Below, piece by piece: positions 54,433 to 60,858 of a stretch of 60,858 bases of DNA. The DNA lies in NCBI GenBank assembly GCA_937863565.1, contig CALMGJ010000021.1, forward strand, positions 1 through 60,858. Reading direction: 5' to 3'. Position 1 is the stretch's first letter, and every line of letters starts with the position of its first letter. The position numbers and the translations under genes are program-made. The notes beneath the pieces are model-generated. The model made no database searches. It was not told the origin of the DNA and saw only the letters and a program-made list of their open reading frames with translations. Origin of the DNA: an uncultured bacterium. GTDB taxonomy: Bacteria > AUK180.

Positions 54433-56367
54433 ATGAAAGAAGAGAAGTTCAAGAAAAAACCCGTAATTAAAAATCCCAAGATAAGGGTTCTGGGGCCCGT
54501 TGAAAATCTTGAGGAGAACGTGAATCCCGAATGGTGGAGCAGGATATTTAACTCACTGTACCTGAAAACGGACGGTGACGTTGTCGATGACGTGAATATC
54601 ACGAAGGACGAGATATCCCAATTCATGGAGTTCACCGGCGTTGAACCCGATCACAGGATCCTCGACCTGTGCTGCGGACAGGGAAGGCATTCGATAGAAC
54701 TCGCCACCCGCGGCTGCAGGAACGTATCCGGACTTGACAGATCGCACTATCTTATACAGAAAGCGAAACTGAGAGCGAAAAAGGAAGGCCTCAATATAAT
54801 GTTCAAAGAAGGCGATGCTCGGAAGATACCGTTCGCAACGGATTATTTCGACATCGTTATGATACTGGGGAACAGTTTCGGATATTTTGAGGCCGCTCAG
54901 GACGATCTCAAGGTCTTAAGCGAAGTTGCGCGCGTTTTGAAGCCTTGGGGGAAGATCCTCATCGATGTCGCCGATGGAGATTTCCTGAAGGCGAATTACA
55001 GTCCGCGTTCCTGGGAGTGGATCAACAAGAAGCTTTTCGTGTGCAGGGAAAGGTCCCTTTCGGCTGACGGGGACCGGCTGATATCGAGAGAACTGATCTC
55101 CAATGTTGAGAAAGGCGTGCTTGCCGATCAATTTTATGCCGAACGGCTTTACACGCAGGAATCTATCACGCAGCTCCTTACAAAAGCGGGGATCTCCAAT
55201 CTCAACTTACACGGCTCGATGTCGCCGAACTCCCAGAGGAACCAGGATCTGGGCATGATGGCCACCCGGCTAATAATAACCGGCACCGTTAAAAAGGAGT
55301 GGTCGAAAAAACGGATCAAACCGAAAGAAACGGTAAAAAACGTCGGGGTTCTTCTCGGCGATCCGCAGCGGCCGGATAATCTCAAACCCGGATGCGTGTT
55401 CGATGAAGATGATTTCTATACGATAGACCAGATGAAATCAGCGCTCCAGGACCTCAAAGGATATAATATCACATACTATACGAACCACTCCACACTCTAT
55501 ACCGACCTCTCCAAAGCGAAGCTCGATTACGTGTTCAATCTGTGCGATGAAGGATTAGAGAACGATCCGAGGAAGGAACTGCATGTCCCCGCACTGCTTG
55601 AAACGCTTAAGATCAATTATACGGGATCGAATCCCCAGTGTCTTGCATACTGTTACGATAAATCTCTGGTGAGGGGCATTGCCAAGGAGATGGCCATTCC
55701 GGTTCCCGAAGCGTTCTTCATCAAGCCGGAAGACAATGTGTACGAATTGACGATCAATTTCCCCGTGCTCGTAAAGCCCAATTTCGGGGATTCGAGCTTC
55801 GGCATCACTCAAAAAAGCGTCGCGAACAATATCACTGAACTTGTAGATGCCATATCGGATATTAGAAGCAGATTCGGGTATGACAAACCGATTCTCGTAG
55901 AGGAATTATTGACCGGGAACGACCTCAGCGTCGGGATCATCGGAAATCCGCCCGAATCCTATACCGTCCTTCCCGTTATTGAAGAGGACTATTCGGAACT
56001 CCCCCCCGAACTCCCCAGGATCTGCGGGTATGAGGCCAAATGGCAGCCGGATTCACCATATTGGAATATTAAATCCATTCCTGCGGTCATACCCGAAGAG
56101 ACAAGGAAATTCATAGAGGAATGCTGCATAAAATTGTTCGAACGCCTTGACTGCCGCGATTACTGCAGGTTCGATTGGCGTCTTGACGGCAACGGCACCC
56201 CGAAGCTTCTCGAGGTTAATCCGAATCCCGGCTGGTGCTGGGACGGTCACTTGGCGAAAATGTCCGCCCTTGCAGGCATATCATACAAGGAAATGCTTTT
56301 TGCGATACTTAATGCGGCGGAACACAGGATCGGTTTGATCCCGGAGGATAAAAGCCTTCAGCAGTAA
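54433..56367 (+). CDS. Class I SAM methyltransferase fused to a D-Ala-D-Ala-ligase-like ATP-grasp domain
   Basis: ILDLCCGQGRH, GDAR, NSFGYF; then YTGS, DK, VKP....SS.GI, LVEE, CRFDWR, LEVNPNPG. Confidence 0.88.
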   Translation: MKEEKFKKKPVIKNPKIRVLGPVENLEENVNPEWWSRIFNSLYLKTDGDVVDDVNITKDEISQFMEFTGVEPDHRILDLCCGQGRHSIELATRGCRNVSGLDRSHYLIQKAKLRAKKEGLNIMFKEGDARKIPFATDYFDIVMILGNSFGYFEAAQDDLKVLSEVARVLKPWGKILIDVADGDFLKANYSPRSWEWINKKLFVCRERSLSADGDRLISRELISNVEKGVLADQFYAERLYTQESITQLLTKAGISNLNLHGSMSPNSQRNQDLGMMATRLIITGTVKKEWSKKRIKPKETVKNVGVLLGDPQRPDNLKPGCVFDEDDFYTIDQMKSALQDLKGYNITYYTNHSTLYTDLSKAKLDYVFNLCDEGLENDPRKELHVPALLETLKINYTGSNPQCLAYCYDKSLVRGIAKEMAIPVPEAFFIKPEDNVYELTINFPVLVKPNFGDSSFGITQKSVANNITELVDAISDIRSRFGYDKPILVEELLTGNDLSVGIIGNPPESYTVLPVIEEDYSELPPELPRICGYEAKWQPDSPYWNIKSIPAVIPEETRKFIEECCIKLFERLDCRDYCRFDWRLDGNGTPKLLEVNPNPGWCWDGHLAKMSALAGISYKEMLFAILNAAEHRIGLIPEDKSLQQ

Positions 56368-56397
56368 TATCCCCGCGCTTTCCCGGCAAACCATGTC

Positions 56398-57618
56398 ATG
56401 ATATTTGATATATTGATCGTTCTGGTCTTGCTTGCGCTTTCTTTCTCTTTTTCCGGCAGTGAGACGGCGCTTTTTTCAATTAAAAAAAGCCGCCTTCGGA
56501 CCCTCTACGCATCCCAACCGAAACTTGCCGATCGGATAAACGGCATGATCAAGAACGCTCCCAGGATCCTGCTGGCCATTCTTATTGGAAACACACTGGT
56601 GAATCTTGCCGCCGCCTCTGTCTCCTACAAGATATTCAGTGCCCTCTCCCCGGAACATGTAAAAGTGCTTAATTTCATTTTCATGTCGGTCATCATCATC
56701 ATCTTCGGCGAGATCCTTCCTAAAACTATTGCATTGGACCGGAACATACGTATTCTTCAGGTCACTTCCGCCCCTCTTCTGGCGCTCGTAACGCTTATAT
56801 CCCCCTTGATCTGGTTGTTCGGCATAATCAATAATTTCTTCCTTACGGCGGCCTCCCTTTTCTTTAAAGGCGGCTCTGAGGAAGTTGAAAGGGAGGAGGC
56901 CTTTGCGATGCTATGCCGGTCAGCCGAATTGAAGAAAATGGAAAAGTACGAAAAACTCGTTCTTCTGAATTTCCTCAGGATCATGAACAGGGACATCTCC
57001 TCCCTCATTACGCCGCGTAAACTTATTGAATCGGTGGACTTGGAGGACGGAGAAGACACTGTGGCGGAATCATTGAAGCGGATTGACAAAAGAATGATAG
57101 CCGTCTGCCGCGGCGGACAGGATAATGTTATAGGCGTATTCGACAAGACCAAGCTTGCGGATATGCAGTGTGGGAATATTGAGGATTTCATTATCTCTCA
57201 TATGGAGAAACCCGTGTTCATAACGGGTTATCTGAAACCGGAGAAAGCCGTTGGTATGCTTAGAGGTACAACTCCTCTTTTCGTTGTTGACGAGTACGGA
57301 GGCCTGGAAGGGATGCTCTCCCCGACCGATTTCATAAGAACACTGTTCGCACCCGCTCAGGGGAATATAAAAAGAGTGAACGATAGAGCGGTGACGGTCA
57401 AGCCCTCCACACCGCTTTTCGAGATCGAAATATTTATAGGCGCGGACCTTTTCGGTGAAGCGCCGGAAGAAGATATCAGAGAGTATTTCCTGGAGCATTA
57501 TCCGAAAATGCCGAAAGCAGGCAGTTCCTTGAAAGCGGGACCGCTCAATATCGAGGTCACAGGGATCGAAAAAAGGCGGATCACCGAATTCAAGATCACG
57601 AGGGAAGATGATGTCTGA
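56398..57618 (+). CDS. CNNM/DUF21 + CBS + CorC-like membrane protein
   Basis: FSGSETALFS, ILIGNTLVN, FGEILPK, VVDEYGG. Confidence 0.85.
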   Translation: MIFDILIVLVLLALSFSFSGSETALFSIKKSRLRTLYASQPKLADRINGMIKNAPRILLAILIGNTLVNLAAASVSYKIFSALSPEHVKVLNFIFMSVIIIIFGEILPKTIALDRNIRILQVTSAPLLALVTLISPLIWLFGIINNFFLTAASLFFKGGSEEVEREEAFAMLCRSAELKKMEKYEKLVLLNFLRIMNRDISSLITPRKLIESVDLEDGEDTVAESLKRIDKRMIAVCRGGQDNVIGVFDKTKLADMQCGNIEDFIISHMEKPVFITGYLKPEKAVGMLRGTTPLFVVDEYGGLEGMLSPTDFIRTLFAPAQGNIKRVNDRAVTVKPSTPLFEIEIFIGADLFGEAPEEDIREYFLEHYPKMPKAGSSLKAGPLNIEVTGIEKRRITEFKITREDDV

Positions 57619-58522
57619 GATCATTCTGCTGCCTTTCCTCGTTCTCATCCAGGCTTTCTTTTCAGGCATAGAAACGGGTTTTGTTTCCCTCATGCATTCA
57701 AAGATATTCTACAGGAGCGCAACGGGCAACCGCCGGGCCAAGAGGCTTCTTTTTTTCCGTGAACACCCGAACCAGTTCTTCTCCACGGTACTCGTCGGGA
57801 TCAATATCGTCTCCGTTCTCACGGCCACTCTTGCCGCCGACATCCTTGCCCAAAGACATGTGCCGGACTATGAATTCCTGGCTCCGCTCATTCTTGCGCC
57901 CGTATTGATAATCTTCGGAGAGTCGCTCCCAAAACTGTTCTTCAGGAAACACAGCCATACTATGACAATGGGCACTGAACCTCTTCTCGAATTTTTCTAT
58001 ATTATCCTTTTCCCGGCAGTGAAACTATTCGGCGCCGCGATCCATATTCTGAAAAAAACCCTGAGACTGGGCAGGGCGGGAGAATTGGATTTCCGGGAAG
58101 AAGAGGTGCGTGCGGCCGTGCACGACATCATCAGAATGAAAAAAAGCAGCGGATTCCTCAGGATGAACAAGGAAATACTTGAAAAGATGCATGCTCCGCT
58201 GTCATCCCTATCCCTCAATGAGCCGGGGAATATTCCCATGAAACCTGACAGGGGTGAAATGGTAAGGGCGATGACCAATATTGGCAAAAGAACGGTTTTC
58301 GTCGTGAAAAACGAAGGGATAAAAGCCCTCTCCCTTGAAAGTCTTATCTCCGGTATTTCCGATCCGTTCGAAGATGCGTCATCTTTTTACGAGGAAACGC
58401 CTCTCGGATTCGTTCTGTTGGACCTGTTTCAGAAGAAGGTCCGCATAGCCGTCATTCTTGACGGAGACGGTCGGCCGTACAACTCCATGCACAGGGACGA
58501 GATCATAGCAAGACTATTCTGA
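57608..58522 (+). CDS. Second, shorter CNNM/DUF21 protein with degenerate CBS region
   Basis: FFSGIETGFVS, LVGINI, IFGESLPK; no CorC domain. Confidence 0.75.
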   Translation: MMSEIILLPFLVLIQAFFSGIETGFVSLMHSKIFYRSATGNRRAKRLLFFREHPNQFFSTVLVGINIVSVLTATLAADILAQRHVPDYEFLAPLILAPVLIIFGESLPKLFFRKHSHTMTMGTEPLLEFFYIILFPAVKLFGAAIHILKKTLRLGRAGELDFREEEVRAAVHDIIRMKKSSGFLRMNKEILEKMHAPLSSLSLNEPGNIPMKPDRGEMVRAMTNIGKRTVFVVKNEGIKALSLESLISGISDPFEDASSFYEETPLGFVLLDLFQKKVRIAVILDGDGRPYNSMHRDEIIARLF

Positions 58523-58528
58523 ATCTTA

Positions 58529-58557
58529 TTGAAATTATCGCAGAAATAATGTATAAT
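58529..58557 (+). promoter_or_regulatory. Sigma70 promoter, very short leader
   Basis: TTGAAA-17-TATAAT; 10 nt to ATG 58568. Confidence 0.65.
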
Positions 58558-58567
58558 ACATAGGGAA

Positions 58568-60292
58568 ATGAGAAAAGAATTCTGGCTATTCCTTGCCGCA
58601 TTGGTGACCATGGTATTGATGTTCCTCTCTTTTGCCGCATCCGATCACATCAATGCTTCTCCAGACCTTCTGACGGCCATGTTCCTGTTTCTGATGTTCA
58701 CGGCCGCAGGTTCGCTGCAGTTCCACATCACATCCAACATCAAATACACGCTGATAGGTTTCTATATAATGCTTGCCTTCATGACGATCGGCCCGTTCGC
58801 CACGCTCATTCTTGCCATGCCGGGCACACTGTTCTCTAAATTGCTTAACGGCGTGATCACTAAAAAAATGAAGCTGAACCCGGGACGGGGAAAGACCGGC
58901 TTGGACATAGTAACGGTGATGTTCATGCGCATTACGGAGATCTCTGCCGGCGGGATCGTTATGCTGGCTTTGAAATTCCAGCCCCTCGGCATCAATTACG
59001 GGGGAGAGATATTGAAAGCGCTGGCGGTAGCGGGCACGGTTTACGGAGTGAATATCCTATCGGCCCTGTCGGTGGGCAAGATACGGTGGCGGAATTTGCC
59101 GCTAACACTCCTTCTTTCCGCAGTGATGTGGATCTATTCGGCCATATACGCCTTTGTGGCATATATCTTCTATGCAAGGAACGAACAGATCCTTTTCGCG
59201 TTCTTCAATGTAAGTTATTTCACTTTTGCCCTTGTTCTTTTCAACAATTATGCGGAAGCCTCGAAATTATGGGTGGAGAAAAAGAAAAGCACGGTATCTA
59301 GTTTACTGCGCAACATCCAGTATTCGGGAACTTCAGTTGAGTACCTGTTCAAAGAGATAGGAGCGATCCTGGAAAAGGAAGAAGCGGCCTCCTGCCTTAT
59401 CGTGATACGAGTATCCTACAATATGCTGAAGACGATGTTCAACCCGCTCAAATACAAGATCAATGAATTCTTTCTCGTAGACAATCCCGAAAAACCCATT
59501 AATCTTGACGGCATCGTTTCAGGGTTCAGGTTCCGCGGGCGTCAGTTGATATGTATGGAAAAGAACGGACAGAATTACATCTTCATATACGGCATCAATG
59601 ACAAGTTCCTGGAAATGGTGCTCGACTATGAAAGCATTTCCAAGGATATAATGAACATCTATGACCGCAACCGGGCCTACTACGAACTGAAGAATTACAG
59701 CAAGATACTTGAGGAGACGAAAAGAAGCGCCGAGGAATACATTGCCAAGAAAGAATCGGTGTTCAATAATCTCCTCATCAAGATCAAAAATGTCCTTTCC
59801 ACTAACTTCACGATGATGAACATGATGAAGGGGGATCTCCAGGGAAGACAATCCGAAACATGTTCGGGGATAATGAAGAACGATATAGGGATCGTTCTCC
59901 GCCTGGATATGTTCGGCGTGATCGCTGAAACCAGGATGCCCGAATTCAATCTTCAGAAGGTGCCCGTTGCCAATATCGTGAAACCGTTCCTCAAAGGCGA
60001 TTTTAAAGAACTGTTCGAATACGATGAGAATGCTGAATTCTTCATGGACCAGAACAAGATGATATTCGTTATGGACTTCATACTGTCAAAGCTAATCGCC
60101 GGCGGGGCGAAGCTGTCTAAGGTCAGGATCTTTTTCGCAACGGAGAAGATGGTGGTCGATTTCATGAACGATTCGATCTCCGACATCGCCGGGCTTCTTT
60201 CCGAGGACGATTTTGACGCAAAGATCATCAATGCGATCATCTTCACTCCGAATTTTAAGAACATTTCCATCAAGCTCAGTATATCGGCGTGA
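58568..60292 (+). CDS. Multi-TM membrane sensor-like protein with degenerate kinase-like cytoplasmic part
   Basis: About 7-8 hydrophobic segments, then a coiled coil and a HisKA/HATPase-like layout lacking the conserved boxes. Confidence 0.55.
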   Translation: MRKEFWLFLAALVTMVLMFLSFAASDHINASPDLLTAMFLFLMFTAAGSLQFHITSNIKYTLIGFYIMLAFMTIGPFATLILAMPGTLFSKLLNGVITKKMKLNPGRGKTGLDIVTVMFMRITEISAGGIVMLALKFQPLGINYGGEILKALAVAGTVYGVNILSALSVGKIRWRNLPLTLLLSAVMWIYSAIYAFVAYIFYARNEQILFAFFNVSYFTFALVLFNNYAEASKLWVEKKKSTVSSLLRNIQYSGTSVEYLFKEIGAILEKEEAASCLIVIRVSYNMLKTMFNPLKYKINEFFLVDNPEKPINLDGIVSGFRFRGRQLICMEKNGQNYIFIYGINDKFLEMVLDYESISKDIMNIYDRNRAYYELKNYSKILEETKRSAEEYIAKKESVFNNLLIKIKNVLSTNFTMMNMMKGDLQGRQSETCSGIMKNDIGIVLRLDMFGVIAETRMPEFNLQKVPVANIVKPFLKGDFKELFEYDENAEFFMDQNKMIFVMDFILSKLIAGGAKLSKVRIFFATEKMVVDFMNDSISDIAGLLSEDDFDAKIINAIIFTPNFKNISIKLSISA

Positions 60293-60371
60293 AAGCTCCG
60301 AACGTATTTCCTTTACTGAAGGAACAAAATACTTATCGAGGCAATATTCTCGGATTTTTTGCAAAAAACGA

Positions 60372-60400
60372 TTGACTTTTATTTCAAAATGATATAAAAT
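60372..60400 (+). promoter_or_regulatory. Promoter of the tRNA-tuf operon
   Basis: TTGACT-17-TAAAAT. Confidence 0.75.
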
Positions 60401-60420
60401 AAAAATTTACTGCCTTTACC

Positions 60421-60493
60421 GCTGGAGTAGCTCAGCTGGCAGAGCAGCTGATTTGTAATCAGCCGGTCGTGGGTTCAAGTCCCTCCTCCAGCT
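60421..60493 (+). tRNA. tRNA-Thr(TGT)
   Basis: GCTGGAG/CTCCAGC acceptor stem; GCTGA-TTTGTAA-TCAGC arm; CCA not encoded. Confidence 0.93.
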
Positions 60494-60544
60494 TGTTATT
60501 TGTAAGCCTGTGTTGTGAGGACTTAAGGTCTCCTTAGGTCAAGC

Positions 60545-60631
60545 GGTGGGATGGCCGAGTGGTTAATGGCACCAGACTGTAAATCTGGCGGCATAGCGCC
60601 TGCGGTGGTTCGAATCCATCTCCCACCACCA
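60545..60631 (+). tRNA. tRNA-Tyr(GTA)
   Basis: GGTGGGA/TCCCACC acceptor stem; CCAGA-CTGTAAA-TCTGG arm; long variable arm; CCA encoded. Confidence 0.95.
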
Positions 60632-60633
60632 CC

Positions 60634-60709
60634 GCGGGAATAGCTCAATTGGTAGAGCACCACCCTTCCAAGGTGGCTGTTGCGGGTTCGAGTCCCGTTT
60701 CCCGCTCCA
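60634..60709 (+). tRNA. tRNA-Gly(TCC)
   Basis: GCGGGAA/TTCCCGC acceptor stem; CCACC-CTTCCAA-GGTGG arm; CCA encoded. Confidence 0.95.
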
Positions 60710-60721
60710 TAAATGAATTCT

Positions 60722-60794
60722 GCCCGCGTAGCTCAGATGGTAGAGCACTTCCTTGGTAAGGAAGGGGTCAGCGGTTCAATTCCGCTCGTGGGCT
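60722..60794 (+). tRNA. tRNA-Thr(GGT)
   Basis: GCCCGCG/CGTGGGC acceptor stem; CTTCC-TTGGTAA-GGAAG arm. Confidence 0.95.
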
Positions 60795-60823
60795 TAGCCG
60801 CAAAATAATATTTGGAGGCATAT

Positions 60824-60858
60824 ATGGCTAAAGAGAAATTTGAAAGAACAAAGCCGCA
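60824..60858 (+). CDS. tuf: Elongation factor Tu, 5' fragment (runs off the window)
   Basis: MAKEKFERTKP after SD GGAGG; canonical Thr-Tyr-Gly-Thr-tuf arrangement. Confidence 0.93.
   Translation, partial: MAKEKFERTKP

Overview
Gene-dense, mostly plus-strand chromosomal segment from a probably anaerobic, diderm bacterium. The lineage cannot be fixed from sequence alone. Housekeeping blocks are rpmH-rnpA-yidD-yidC-mnmE-mtaB-hisC-like (no dnaA beside it), tRNA-fMet/tRNA-Met-tilS-ftsH-dapA-dapB, prfB-mgtE, fba-LysM(TsaP-like)-dprA-topA-secA, and the tRNA Thr-Tyr-Gly-Thr-tuf cluster at the right edge. The main accessory element is a compact bacterial microcompartment operon at 20.6-26.0 kb: pduL, BMC-H, BMC-P, acylating aldehyde dehydrogenase, pduS, pduT, rpiB fused to an EutQ-N-like domain, and a second BMC-P. 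It resembles sugar-phosphate-utilisation (SPU) loci but has no aldolase or other signature enzyme, and its RpiB has Asp where the catalytic Cys should be. Other points of note: two large secreted proteins with T9SS-like C-terminal sorting domains, one translationally coupled to a PorV-like barrel fused to a CsgG-like domain; a methyltransferase/ATP-grasp ligase fusion; a SecA with an internal 7-Cys insertion and no SEC-C tail; a prfB without the programmed frameshift; a membrane pseudo-histidine kinase; and repeated leaderless-type sigma70 promoters. No CRISPR array, rRNA, transposase or prophage was seen. All family assignments come from motif recognition by eye, not from database searches.
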